DNA from: Halarcobacter sp.
Lineage (GTDB): Bacteria; Campylobacterota; Campylobacteria; Campylobacterales; Arcobacteraceae
Direction of reading: 5' to 3'
Length of the DNA stretch: 64,000 bases
Assembly: GCA_963676565.1 (NCBI GenBank)
Contig: OY781089.1
Span: 1,120,001 to 1,184,000 of the forward strand
Shown here one piece after another: positions 7,293 to 17,286 of the stretch. How positions within the stretch are numbered: position 1 is the stretch's first letter; each line of letters starts with the position of its first letter. The translations under genes and the position numbers were made by a program. The notes below the pieces were generated by a model. The model was given only the letters and a program-made list of their open reading frames with translations, searched no databases and was not told the origin of the DNA.

Positions 7293-9818
7293 ATGAAAAG
7301 TTTTAGTATTAGTACTAAATTAATGTTATTAATTATTGGAAGTTTAGTTTTTATGTCAGTAACTATTTTGTCAATAAGTATAAATGAAAGTATAAAACAC
7401 TCAGAAAAAGAAAAACTTATCCAACTTAAATCAACAACCTATGCAAAAAAACAACATATACAAGAGTATTTTAAAACTATTGAAGGTTTGATTATTTCTA
7501 TTGCAAATTCTGCTTCAACTCAAGAAGCTTTTAATGAGTTTATTAGAGGTTTTTATACTATTTCTAATCAATCAAGTGAAGAAGTTGATATGGCAAAAGT
7601 AAAAAATGAACTTCTAAATCACTATAATAATTTTTATATAAATAAGATAAATTTTGATTTAGCTAATATCCCTTCAAAAAAAGAAACTAGTAAATATTTA
7701 CCAAAAGATGACAATGGAATTTTAGCTCAATATATGTATATTGTAAAAAATGAAGAGAAAATTGGTGAAAAAAATAAATTAACACAATCAAATACTTTTT
7801 TTAATAATTACGCCTTTGCACATACAAGATTTCATGAAACCTTTAATACAATTTTAGAAAAATTTTCACTATATGATATTTTCTTAGTGGATTTAAAAGG
7901 TACAATTATTTACAGTACTTTTAAAGAAAAAGATTTTGCTACAAACTTAAAAACGGGACCTTATTCAAATAGTGGAATTGCAAAAGTAAATGAAAAAGCA
8001 TATAAGTTAAAAAAAGGTGAAGTTGCTTTTAGTGATTTTGAGCCTTATGAACCAAGTTATAACACTCCTGCTTCTTTTTTAGCTATTCCTGTTTTTAATA
8101 ATCAAAATAGAAGAATCGGTAATTTAATTATGCAATTTCCAATTGATGTGATTGATTCAATTATGAATTTTAATGGAAATTATGAAAATGCAGGTTTAGG
8201 TAAAAGTGGTAAAAGTTATTTAGTTGGAAGTGATTATAAAATGAGAAATAATCACAGATATTTAAAAGACCTTGACCATAAACATGTAAAAAGTTCAGGT
8301 ACTAGTATATCTATATATGAGATTAAAACTGAGGCAACAAAACTTGCTTTAGAGAACAAAAGTGGGGCAAAACTAATAAAAGATAATGAAGGTAAAAAAT
8401 ATCTAAGTGCTTATTCTGGACTAAAAGTTTTTGATCAACAATGGGGAATAATCTCTGAAATTGAAAATGAAGAAGCTTTAGCTGATAGTATTAGATTAAA
8501 TATAATTTTAGCTTCAATTTCATTTGCTGTACTTATTTTGATAATTTTTATTTCAATTTTTATTTTAAGAAATTCAATAATCAAACCTATTAAAAATTTT
8601 GAAAATGGTTTAATGTCTTTTTTTAAATATATAAATAATGAAAGTGATGAAGTTATTTATTTAGATGATTCTAAAAGTGATGAAATAGGGGAAATGTCAA
8701 AAGTTGTTAATAAAAATATTAATAAAACAAAAGATGGAATAGAAAAAGATAGAGAACTAATAAATGAAACTGTAAATATATTATCTGAATTTGAAAAAGG
8801 TGATTTATCTCAAAGAATTAAAACTAATCCTTCAAATCCTTCACTGCAAGAACTAAAAACTGTAATAAATAATATGGGGAATAATTTAGAAACAAATATT
8901 GAAAACATCTTAAAAGTTTTAGAAACTTATACTCAATACAACTATTTGGAAAAAGTTGATCCAAAAGATTTAAAAGAACAGCTTTTAAAATTAGCTCAAG
9001 GGGTAAACCTTTTAGGTGATTCTATTACTCAAATGCTTATTGAAAATAAAACAAATGGATTAAAACTTGATGATAGTTCAGATAAATTAATAGAAAGTGT
9101 AGAAATTTTATCAAATAATACAAATTCTGCCGCTGCATCAATTGAACAAACTTCTGCTGCTTTAGAAGAGATAAATGGAAATATAGTTTCAAATAATGAA
9201 AATGTTGAAAAAATGGCTTCTTATTCCCAAGAAGTTAATAGATCTGTTAAAACAGGAGAAGAATTAGCTCAAAAAACAACTCAAGCTATGGATGAGATAA
9301 ATGAACAAGTTAGCGCTATTAATGAGGCTATAAGTGTTATTGATCAAATAGCTTTCCAAACAAATATTCTTTCATTAAATGCTGCAGTAGAAGCTGCAAC
9401 AGCAGGTGAAGCTGGAAAAGGATTTGCTGTTGTTGCCCAAGAAGTTAGAAATTTAGCTGCAAGAAGTGCAGAAGCTGCAAAAGAGATTAAAAATTTAGTT
9501 GAAACTGCAAATATTAGAGCAAATGAAGGGAAGCAAATCTCAGATTCTATGATTGAAGGATATAGTAGTCTTAGTAAAAATATAACTAGTACAATAGAAC
9601 TTATTCACGCTGTATCAACTTCTTCAAAAGAGCAACAAATTGGAATTTCTCAAATAAATGAAAGTGTTGCAAGTTTAGATAAACAAACTCAAGAAAACTC
9701 AAGTATTGCTCAACATACAAATAGTATAGCACTACAAACAGATACAATTTCCAAACAAATTGTTGCTAATGCAGATGAAAAAGAGTTTTTAGGAAAAAAT
9801 GATATTAAGATAAATTAA
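7293..9818 (+). CDS. Methyl-accepting chemotaxis protein with large periplasmic Cache-type sensor
   Basis: Two TM segments, HAMP (DEIGEM) and [34 protein letters not shown]. Confidence 0.95.
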   Translation: MKSFSISTKLMLLIIGSLVFMSVTILSISINESIKHSEKEKLIQLKSTTYAKKQHIQEYFKTIEGLIISIANSASTQEAFNEFIRGFYTISNQSSEEVDMAKVKNELLNHYNNFYINKINFDLANIPSKKETSKYLPKDDNGILAQYMYIVKNEEKIGEKNKLTQSNTFFNNYAFAHTRFHETFNTILEKFSLYDIFLVDLKGTIIYSTFKEKDFATNLKTGPYSNSGIAKVNEKAYKLKKGEVAFSDFEPYEPSYNTPASFLAIPVFNNQNRRIGNLIMQFPIDVIDSIMNFNGNYENAGLGKSGKSYLVGSDYKMRNNHRYLKDLDHKHVKSSGTSISIYEIKTEATKLALENKSGAKLIKDNEGKKYLSAYSGLKVFDQQWGIISEIENEEALADSIRLNIILASISFAVLILIIFISIFILRNSIIKPIKNFENGLMSFFKYINNESDEVIYLDDSKSDEIGEMSKVVNKNINKTKDGIEKDRELINETVNILSEFEKGDLSQRIKTNPSNPSLQELKTVINNMGNNLETNIENILKVLETYTQYNYLEKVDPKDLKEQLLKLAQGVNLLGDSITQMLIENKTNGLKLDDSSDKLIESVEILSNNTNSAAASIEQTSAALEEINGNIVSNNENVEKMASYSQEVNRSVKTGEELAQKTTQAMDEINEQVSAINEAISVIDQIAFQTNILSLNAAVEAATAGEAGKGFAVVAQEVRNLAARSAEAAKEIKNLVETANIRANEGKQISDSMIEGYSSLSKNITSTIELIHAVSTSSKEQQIGISQINESVASLDKQTQENSSIAQHTNSIALQTDTISKQIVANADEKEFLGKNDIKIN

Positions 9819-9855
9819 TAAATAAACTAATTCTTTTCATTATTAAAAGATAAAA

Positions 9856-9864
9856 TGCTACAAT
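9856..9864 (+). promoter_or_regulatory. Extended -10 promoter for dedA-SDR
   Basis: TG-C-TACAAT, 27 bp upstream of the ATG. Confidence 0.55.
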
Positions 9865-9891
9865 ACGCCAATTTTTAAAAGGGATACAAAT

Positions 9892-10491
9892 ATGCTTCAT
9901 AGTATTGTAGATTTTATAGTTCAGACAGTTGGCACTTTAGGTTATAGCGGAATTTTCATAATGATGTTTTTAGAAAGTACTTTTTTCCCTTTTCCTAGTG
10001 AGGTAGTAATGATTCCAGCTGGTTACTTAGTTCACAAGGGTGAGATGAATATGGCTATGGTTTTATTTTGTGGAATATCAGGTTCTCTTGCTGGAGCACT
10101 TTTTAACTACTACCTAGCTATTTATGTAGGTCGAGCTGTTTTAATAAAATATGGGAAATATTTTTTCATAAAAGAATCTACAATTCAAAAAGCTGAAAGG
10201 TTTTTCCAAAACCATGGACATATCTCAACTTTTAGTGGAAGATTAATACCTGCTGTTAGACAACTTATATCATTTCCAGCTGGATTAGCTAGAATGAATA
10301 TTGTAAGTTTTTCTATATATACAACTTTAGGTGCCTCTATTTGGGTTGTTATATTAACTTTGCTTGGTTATTACATTGGAGATAATGAAGCTTTAGTAAA
10401 AGAGTATTTATCAACAATTATTTATGTATTATTAGGATTAATTGCCTTAGGTGTTTTCATTTATTATAAAAGAATAAACAAAGGTTTATAA
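9892..10491 (+). CDS. DedA family membrane protein
   Basis: FLESTFFPFPSEVV and GRLIPAVR motifs. Confidence 0.93.
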   Translation: MLHSIVDFIVQTVGTLGYSGIFIMMFLESTFFPFPSEVVMIPAGYLVHKGEMNMAMVLFCGISGSLAGALFNYYLAIYVGRAVLIKYGKYFFIKESTIQKAERFFQNHGHISTFSGRLIPAVRQLISFPAGLARMNIVSFSIYTTLGASIWVVILTLLGYYIGDNEALVKEYLSTIIYVLLGLIALGVFIYYKRINKGL

Positions 10492-10492
10492 A

Positions 10493-11128
10493 ATGAAAAA
10501 AGCTATTGTAACTGGTTATTCTTCTGGAATTGGAAAAGCAATTTGTGAAATTTTAGAAGAAAATGATTACAAAGTTTTAAAGTTAAAATCAAGACTTGAA
10601 GATACTAAAGCACTAGAATCAGAAGTGAAAAAGCTATTAAAAGAAAATGAAATTGATTTGTTAGTTAATTGCGCTGGTCTTGGAATATTTAAACCCCATG
10701 AAGAGATTTCAATTCCAAAAATTCAAGAATTAATAAATATAAATCTTACTGCACCAATTATACTTTCAAGTTTACTTTTAAGAACTCTAAAAAAAACAAA
10801 AGGGCATATTATAAATATTGCTTCAATTGAAGCAACAAGGCATTCCAAATTTTCAGCACTTTACACGGCAACAAAATCAGGCCTTAGAAATTTTTCTTTA
10901 ACTTTATTTGAAGAGTTAAGAAAATCAGATGTTAAAGTTACTACAATTAATCCAGACCTTACTAAAACAAACTTTTTTGATGAGTTTAACTTTGAACCTA
11001 GCGAAAATAAAAACGCCCATCTCTTACCTCAAACAATTGCAAATACAGTTTTAGATATTTTAAATTTTGATGGGGTTATCACAGAAATCACTGTTCGTCC
11101 CCAGCGACTAGAGATTAAAAAAAAATAA
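10493..11128 (+). CDS. Short-chain dehydrogenase/reductase
   Basis: TGYSSGIG, NCAG and YTATK motifs. Confidence 0.92.
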   Translation: MKKAIVTGYSSGIGKAICEILEENDYKVLKLKSRLEDTKALESEVKKLLKENEIDLLVNCAGLGIFKPHEEISIPKIQELININLTAPIILSSLLLRTLKKTKGHIINIASIEATRHSKFSALYTATKSGLRNFSLTLFEELRKSDVKVTTINPDLTKTNFFDEFNFEPSENKNAHLLPQTIANTVLDILNFDGVITEITVRPQRLEIKKK

Positions 11129-11191
11129 AAAAAATATTTTAAGTTATACAATTAAAGAATAATTTTTGTGTAATAAATGTACAAGAAATAC

Positions 11192-11220
11192 TTGACAATG
11201 TAAAAAAAAGTAGTTAAGAT
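11192..11220 (+). promoter_or_regulatory. Sigma70 promoter of the ectoine utilisation operon
   Basis: TTGACA (11192-11197), 17-bp spacer, TAAGAT (11215-11220). Confidence 0.75.
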
Positions 11221-11250
11221 TTACCTATATTTTTATAGGAGGCTACAAAG

Positions 11251-11400
11251 ATGTTATTTATTAATTGTTCAAAATTAAAACATTTTATTTGCTTAGCCTT
11301 AATTAAACTCTTTAGAACTTTCAAAATTAATGTAAGACCTGTAAAAGAGATTCAAAACTTACTAATCCAAGAAAAAAGCTTTATTTTAACTGCCATATAG
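11251..11400 (+). CDS. Putative 49-aa leader peptide
   Basis: AGGAGG (11237-11242) lies 8 nt before the ATG. Open frame MLFINCSKLKHFICLALIKLFRTFKINVRPVKEIQNLLIQEKSFILTAI*; below the ORF-track size cutoff. Confidence 0.65.
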   Translation: MLFINCSKLKHFICLALIKLFRTFKINVRPVKEIQNLLIQEKSFILTAI

Positions 11401-11500
11401 ACCCTCGCAATTTATTTAGTGTGTAATAAATTGTAAGTCATTTAAATAATATATTTAAATATTTATTATTTAAATGACTTAGTAGGGTCTTTTTTATTTT
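11399..11500 (+). terminator. Branched terminator-like/attenuator structure in the operon leader
   Basis: Closing stem AGACCCT (11399-11405)/AGGGTCT (11484-11490) followed by TTTTTATTTT. It encloses hairpin 11407-11434 and a perfect 17-bp inverted repeat (11434-11450/11465-11481). Confidence 0.7.
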
Positions 11501-11533
11501 AAAAAAATCAAAAATTATATTAAGGAAAAAATT

Positions 11534-12778
11534 ATGTTAAACGATAAAACAGTATTTGAAGAGAATGAATCAGAAATTAGAGCTTATTGTAGAGCAGTAC
11601 CAACTGTTTTTAAATCATCAAAAAATGCAATTATGATTGACGAAAATGATAAAGAATTTGTAGACTTTTTTGCAGGAGCTGGAGTTTTAAACTTTGGTCA
11701 CAATAATCCAAAAATGAAAGAAGCGGTAATAGAGTTTTTACAAAGGGATGGAGTAGTTCATTCCCTTGATATGTTTACAGATGTTAAAAGAGATTTTATT
11801 TCAACATTTGTTGAAACAGTTTTAAAGCCTAGAGGAATGGGTGATTATAAACTTCAATTTACAGGACCAACAGGAACAAATGCAGTTGAAGCAGCACTTA
11901 AACTTGCTAGAAAAGTAACTGGAAGAACAGAGATTGTAGCTTTCCATAGAGGTTTCCATGGTATGACTTTAGGTTCACTTGCTTGTACTGCAAATAATGC
12001 CTTTAGAAGCTCATCAGGAGTTCCTTTAAATAATGTTATTAGAGGAACATTTAATGACATGGAAGCTCTAGATAGAATGAGAGAACAAATGTTTGATGCA
12101 GGATCTGGGATGTTACCACCAGCTGGATTTATAGTAGAACCAGTACAAGCTGAAGGTGGTGTTAGGCCAGCAACAAAAGAGTGGCTTCAAGCAGTACAAA
12201 AACTTGCACGAGATACTGGAGCATTATTTATCCTTGATAGTATTCAATGTGGTAATGGTAGATGTGGAAGCTATTTCAGTTTTGATGATTTAGATGTTGA
12301 CCCAGATATTAATATTTGTGCAAAAGGTTTAGGTGGATTTGGTACACCAATTGGTATGTTAGTAAATAAACCAGAAATCGACAAAGCTTGGGGACCAGGA
12401 CAACATACTGGTACATTTAGAGGACAAGGTATCTCATTTGTAGCAGGTAAGGTTGCCTTAGAATATTTTAAAGATGAGGAGTTTAATAAAGAGACTATTA
12501 GAAAAGGTAAAGTGATTAGAACCTTACTTGATGAGATGAATGAAAAATATCCTCAAGTTACAGATATTAGACAAAAGGGGATGATGTTAGCAATAAACTT
12601 TGATAATGCGGCAACTGTTAAAGAGATTACTGGAAAATGTTACGAAAATGGTTTAATTATTGGAGCTTGCTCAACGGGTGAGATTATTAAATTTATTCCA
12701 CCTTTAACAATTGAAGATGAAGTTTTAGAAGAGGGACTAAAAAGATTTAAAGCTTCAGTTGAAGCTGTATTAGGTTAA
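11534..12778 (+). CDS. Diaminobutyrate aminotransferase, EctB-like class III PLP enzyme; probably catabolic (DoeD role)
   Basis: FEENESEIRAYCR, DFFAGAGVLNFGHN, GPTGTNAVEAALKLARK and PGQHTGTFRG motifs; first gene of the doeA/tea cluster. Confidence 0.88.
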   Translation: MLNDKTVFEENESEIRAYCRAVPTVFKSSKNAIMIDENDKEFVDFFAGAGVLNFGHNNPKMKEAVIEFLQRDGVVHSLDMFTDVKRDFISTFVETVLKPRGMGDYKLQFTGPTGTNAVEAALKLARKVTGRTEIVAFHRGFHGMTLGSLACTANNAFRSSSGVPLNNVIRGTFNDMEALDRMREQMFDAGSGMLPPAGFIVEPVQAEGGVRPATKEWLQAVQKLARDTGALFILDSIQCGNGRCGSYFSFDDLDVDPDINICAKGLGGFGTPIGMLVNKPEIDKAWGPGQHTGTFRGQGISFVAGKVALEYFKDEEFNKETIRKGKVIRTLLDEMNEKYPQVTDIRQKGMMLAINFDNAATVKEITGKCYENGLIIGACSTGEIIKFIPPLTIEDEVLEEGLKRFKASVEAVLG

Positions 12779-12918
12779 AAGCAACTCGTTGCTTTCTTTA
12801 GAATTTCTCAAAGAGAGTACAAGTACAAGGCTTCTTTAGATGAGATTTATTCTCATTGATAAAAGAAGTTAAAAAATATAGGTCCCTGAAAAAATGGGAC
12901 ATTTTTTAAGGAGAAATT

Positions 12919-14319
12919 ATGGGATATAGCTCAACACATTTTAAATCAATAAATCCATACAATGAAGAGATTGTATGTGAAGTACCAATGCATACAAAAG
13001 AACAGGCAAGAGAAATTATAGAAAATGCTCAAGAAGCATATGTTGGTGAGTGGATTAATACAAGTTATGAACAAAGAGCAAAGCTTTTAAATGCAGTTGC
13101 AAAAGAGATGAAAGATAACCTTGATTATTACGCTCTTCCTATGACTGAAGAGATGGGTAAACCTATTAATGAAGCAAGAGGGGAAGTTAATAAAGCTGCA
13201 TGGGCAGCAGAACACTATGCAAGTTTTGGAGAAGAGTATTTAAAAACTGAATACTTAGAATCAGATGCAACTGAAAGTTATGTTCAGTATTTACCCCTTG
13301 GAGTAACACTTGGAGTGTTACCTTGGAATGCACCTTTTTGGTTAGCTTTTAGATACTTAGCTCCTGCACTTATGTCTGGAAATACTTGTATTATGAAACA
13401 TGACTCACATACTCCATTATGTGCACTTAGAATAGTCGAAGCCTTTACTAAAGCAGGGTTTCCTACAAATGTTGTTCAAAATCTAATGGTAGGACATTCA
13501 TTACTTGAAGATGTAATTAGACATGAAAATGTAATGGGAGTTTCACTTACAGGTTCATCAAAAGCAGGTGCTGCCGTTGGAGCTATTGCTGGAAGTGAAA
13601 TTAAACCAGTTGTTTTAGAACTTGGTGGTAGTGACCCAGCTATTATTTTAGCAGATACCCAAGATTTAGAAAAAGCAGCTGATGTGGTTGTTTTATCAAG
13701 ATATATAAACGCTGGGCAATCTTGTATTGCTGCAAAAAGAATTATCGTTGAAGAGCCAATTTATGAAAAATTTATAGAACTTTTAAAAGAAAGGTTTGAG
13801 AAATTAAAACTTGGTGATCCTAAAGATGAGTCAACAACTATTGGACCAATAGCTAGACGTGAGTTAGTTGAAGAGATGCATGAGCAAGTTGATAGATCAG
13901 TTGCAGCAGGAGCTAGATTAGTTCTTGGTGGTCAAAGATTAGATGATATGCAAGGGTTTTTCTTCCCTGTGACTATTTTAGCTGATGTAGAACCTGGTAT
14001 GGTTGTTTCTTGCCAAGAAACATTTGGACCAATAGCATCCGTTATAAAAGTAATAGATGAAGAGGAAGCTATAAAAATAGCAAATGCAACAGATTATGGT
14101 TTAGGTGGTTCTGTTTGGACAGGGGATGTCGAAAAAGGTAAAAAAATAGCTTCAAGAATTGTAACAGGACAAGTTTCAATTAATGGAATAGTTAAATCAG
14201 ACCCAAGGCTTCCAAGTGGTGGAGTAAAAAAATCTGGACTTGGAAAGGAGTTAGGACCACATGGAATTAGAATGTTTGTAAATACTCAACAAGTTTGGGT
14301 AGGTCCAGTTAAAAGTTAA
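12919..14319 (+). CDS. NAD(P)-dependent aldehyde dehydrogenase, SSADH-like; probable DoeC role
   Basis: PWNAP, LTGS, LELGGSDP, NAGQSCIA and ETFGP motifs. Confidence 0.9.
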   Translation: MGYSSTHFKSINPYNEEIVCEVPMHTKEQAREIIENAQEAYVGEWINTSYEQRAKLLNAVAKEMKDNLDYYALPMTEEMGKPINEARGEVNKAAWAAEHYASFGEEYLKTEYLESDATESYVQYLPLGVTLGVLPWNAPFWLAFRYLAPALMSGNTCIMKHDSHTPLCALRIVEAFTKAGFPTNVVQNLMVGHSLLEDVIRHENVMGVSLTGSSKAGAAVGAIAGSEIKPVVLELGGSDPAIILADTQDLEKAADVVVLSRYINAGQSCIAAKRIIVEEPIYEKFIELLKERFEKLKLGDPKDESTTIGPIARRELVEEMHEQVDRSVAAGARLVLGGQRLDDMQGFFFPVTILADVEPGMVVSCQETFGPIASVIKVIDEEEAIKIANATDYGLGGSVWTGDVEKGKKIASRIVTGQVSINGIVKSDPRLPSGGVKKSGLGKELGPHGIRMFVNTQQVWVGPVKS

Positions 14320-14334
14320 GTTTTGGAGAAGAAA

Positions 14335-15522
14335 ATGAATAAAACAAAACTTGCCTTTACTAAAAAGGAATATATTCAAAGGGTTAAAAGAGTTAAATCT
14401 TTAATGCAACAAAGGCGAATTGACGTCTTAGTTGCAACTGACCCAGGAAACATGAATTGGCTAACTGGTTATGATGGGTGGTCATTTTATGTTCATCAAG
14501 GGGTAATTATCTCATTAGATCATGAAGAACCTATTTGGTTTGGAAGACTTATGGATGTGAATGCAGCATTACTTAGATGTTACATGAGTAAAGAGAATAT
14601 GATTGGTTATCCTGAAATGTATGTACAAAATCTAGATGAGCATCCAATGACATGGATTGGAGAAAATATTTTCAGAAAAAATAAATGGGAAAAATGTGTT
14701 ATTGCAACTGAAAGGGACAATTACTACTATTCTGCAGAAGCTCATTTTAGATTAACTGCAACTTTACCAAATGCAACATTTGTAAATGCCAATAATCTAG
14801 TAAATTGGGTTAGAGGTAAAAAGTCAGCAAAAGAGATTGAGTATATGAAAATTGCTGGAAGAATTACTGAAAAGATTCATCAAAGAGTACTTGATATTGT
14901 AAGACCTGGTATTCCAAAATCCCATGTAGTTTCTCAAATTTATGAAACAGCAATTGCGGGAGTTGATGGTTATGGGGGAGATTATCCTTCAATCGTACCT
15001 CTACTTCCCTCAGGAAAAGAAGCATCAGCATCTCATATTACTTGGGATGATAGCCCTTTTAAAAGAAATGAAGCAACATTTTTTGAGATATCTGGGTGTT
15101 ATAAAAGATACCATGCTCCTATGTCAAGAACAATTTATATGGGAAAACCAAATCAAAAATTTCTTGATGCAGAAAAGGCATTGCAAGAAACAATAGAAGC
15201 AGGACTTGAAATGGCAAAGCCAGGAAATACAACTGCTGATATTGCAAATGCAGCCCAAAAAGTTATGAATAAATACGGTATTGATAGAAACAATGCAAGA
15301 TATGGATATCCAATTGGAGTTAGTTATCCACCCGATTGGGGTGAGCGAACTTGTAGTTTAAGAAGTACAGATTTAACAGTTCTTGAACCGGGTATGACCT
15401 TTCATTTTATGCCAGGGATTTGGCAAGAGGATTGGGGAGTTGAGATTACAGAAAGTATTCATATTACTAAAGATGGGGTAGAAACTTTTTGTAATTTTCC
15501 AAGACAATTATTTCTAAAGTGA
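14335..15522 (+). CDS. doeA: Ectoine hydrolase DoeA/EutD (M24 fold)
   Basis: NMNWLTGYDGWSFYVHQ, YVQ...HPM and GYPIGVSYPPDWGERT are characteristic of EutD/DoeA; GGAG RBS before ATG 14335. Confidence 0.9.
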   Translation: MNKTKLAFTKKEYIQRVKRVKSLMQQRRIDVLVATDPGNMNWLTGYDGWSFYVHQGVIISLDHEEPIWFGRLMDVNAALLRCYMSKENMIGYPEMYVQNLDEHPMTWIGENIFRKNKWEKCVIATERDNYYYSAEAHFRLTATLPNATFVNANNLVNWVRGKKSAKEIEYMKIAGRITEKIHQRVLDIVRPGIPKSHVVSQIYETAIAGVDGYGGDYPSIVPLLPSGKEASASHITWDDSPFKRNEATFFEISGCYKRYHAPMSRTIYMGKPNQKFLDAEKALQETIEAGLEMAKPGNTTADIANAAQKVMNKYGIDRNNARYGYPIGVSYPPDWGERTCSLRSTDLTVLEPGMTFHFMPGIWQEDWGVEITESIHITKDGVETFCNFPRQLFLK

Positions 15523-15613
15523 CACTAAATATAGGGGGTGTATCTATAAAAAAGCTTATATTTAAAACCAGACAGAGAAAAAGCGATAAAACAAACAAAG
15601 AAAGGAATTTGAT

Positions 15614-16621
15614 ATGAAATTATTTAAAGGATTGGTAATAGCAGGTTTAATTACTGCTACAAGTTTGAGTGCAGCAACATGGAAATATGCTTTTGGTGAA
15701 GGTACAAGTGACCCTCAAGGTATTTATGCAACTGCATTTAAGAGTTTTATAGAGGATAATTCAAGAAATAAAATAGAACTATATAAGGTTGGGTCTTTAG
15801 GTGAAGAAACTGACATGATGGAGCAAACAAGAGCTGGTTTACTTCATTTCTTAGGTCAATCAACAGGATATATGGGTGGAACTATTCCTGAGATGGATGT
15901 TTTTACAGTTCCTTATGTGATGCCTACAGATACAAAACAATTGGATTATTTCTTTAAAAACTCAAAAGTAATTAATGAGATGCTTCCAACAATTTTCCAT
16001 AAACATGGATTAGAATTATTATCTATTTTCCCTGAAGGAGAGATGGCTGTTACAACTTTTGAAGAGTTTCATTCACCTGCAGATTTAAAGGGTAAAAAGA
16101 TGAGAGTTATGCCAGGTTCTCCTATTTTGGTTGAAACATATAAAGCTTTTGGAGCATCTCCTCAACCTATGTCATGGGGTGATTTAGTTGGTGCACTTAA
16201 AACAGGAATGGTTGATGGACAAGAAAACCCAACAGTATGGATTGAAGCATATGGTTTAGATGATTTAACAAAAGTTTTAACATATACAGGACATGGACAC
16301 TTTAATGCATCAGTTAGTGCAAATAAAAAGTTTTATGACGGATTATCAAAAAGAGATAAAAAATTAGTTCAAGAAGCTGCTAAGTTTGCCCATAAAACAA
16401 TTTTACAAGAGGCTCAAAAACTTGATGCTTATGGATTAGGAAGAATTGTAAGAACAAATCCTAGTTATAAAATTGTAACTTTAACTGAAGATGAAAGAAA
16501 AGTATTTAAAGAAGAAGCAAAAGCTGTTCAAGAATCATTCGCTTCAAAAAGTGATTCAAATAAAAAAATTATGACTCAAATGATGAAAGATTTAGCCGAG
16601 GCTGAAGCAAATGCTAAATAA
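15614..16621 (+). CDS. teaA: TRAP substrate-binding protein DctP, TeaA/UehA-like (ectoine)
   Basis: Signal peptide; PEGEM, KMRVM and DGQENP motifs; lies next to doeA and teaBCD-like genes. Confidence 0.82.
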   Translation: MKLFKGLVIAGLITATSLSAATWKYAFGEGTSDPQGIYATAFKSFIEDNSRNKIELYKVGSLGEETDMMEQTRAGLLHFLGQSTGYMGGTIPEMDVFTVPYVMPTDTKQLDYFFKNSKVINEMLPTIFHKHGLELLSIFPEGEMAVTTFEEFHSPADLKGKKMRVMPGSPILVETYKAFGASPQPMSWGDLVGALKTGMVDGQENPTVWIEAYGLDDLTKVLTYTGHGHFNASVSANKKFYDGLSKRDKKLVQEAAKFAHKTILQEAQKLDAYGLGRIVRTNPSYKIVTLTEDERKVFKEEAKAVQESFASKSDSNKKIMTQMMKDLAEAEANAK

Positions 16622-16630
16622 TTTTTAATA

Positions 16631-16697
16631 TATAGTAATCCACTTTTAGTGGATTTACTATAGTAGATTACAAAGTGTTGTAACCTACTATAGTAAA
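16631..16697 (+). other. Overlapping alternative hairpins between teaA and teaB
   Basis: Hairpin A (16631-16662) and hairpin B (16654-16697) share TTTACTATA; B ends at the teaB RBS. Confidence 0.6.
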
Positions 16698-16707
16698 AGG
16701 AAGAATT

Positions 16708-17277
16708 ATGGACACTAGTACAAAGAACCCAATACTAAAAGCTTTAGATTTTGTAGACAAAATGCTAAGCAAATTTGAAGGTATTATGCTTGCTTTAGGT
16801 GTAATTGCAATGGCAATAATAACTATACTTTCAGTTATTACAAGATTTATTTTTAATGATGCCTTAACAATAACAGATGAACTAAATATGATTTTTATTG
16901 TAATAGTTACCTTTGCTGGTCTAAGTTACGCAGCTAGAAATGGAAGACATATTAGAATGTCTGCAATATATGATGCTCTTCCAACAAAAATTAGAAAAGT
17001 CTTTATGATATTTATCTCTTTAATCACTTCAATTTTTATGTTCATATTAGCAAAATATTCATATGGATATATAGTTGAGGTATATGAAAGTGGAAGAATA
17101 TTGCCAGCAATTGGAATACCAGTATTTTATGTATATTTATGGGTTCCTATTGGTTTTACTGTTACAGGGCTTCAATATTTTTTTACAGTTATAAAAAATA
17201 TTAGAGAAGATGATGTTTTTCTTTCAACAAAGGTAAGAGATGGATACAGCGATAGTAACAACGATATGGAAGTATAA
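16708..17277 (+). CDS. teaB: TRAP small permease DctQ, TeaB-like
   Basis: Four TM segments; GLSYAARNGRHIRMSAIYD motif. Confidence 0.85.
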   Translation: MDTSTKNPILKALDFVDKMLSKFEGIMLALGVIAMAIITILSVITRFIFNDALTITDELNMIFIVIVTFAGLSYAARNGRHIRMSAIYDALPTKIRKVFMIFISLITSIFMFILAKYSYGYIVEVYESGRILPAIGIPVFYVYLWVPIGFTVTGLQYFFTVIKNIREDDVFLSTKVRDGYSDSNNDMEV

Positions 17278-17286
17278 GGAAGAAAG

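Noticed and set aside
11534..12778. Ectoine biosynthesis (ectABC) locus
   Set aside because: No ectA or ectC in the window; the neighbours are hydrolase and uptake genes.
12778..12900. Short hairpins between the aminotransferase and ALDH genes
   Set aside because: Small stems (AAAGCAAC/GTTGCTTT, GTCCC/GGGAC) without a convincing U-tract or recognisable motif; probably ordinary mRNA stabilisers.
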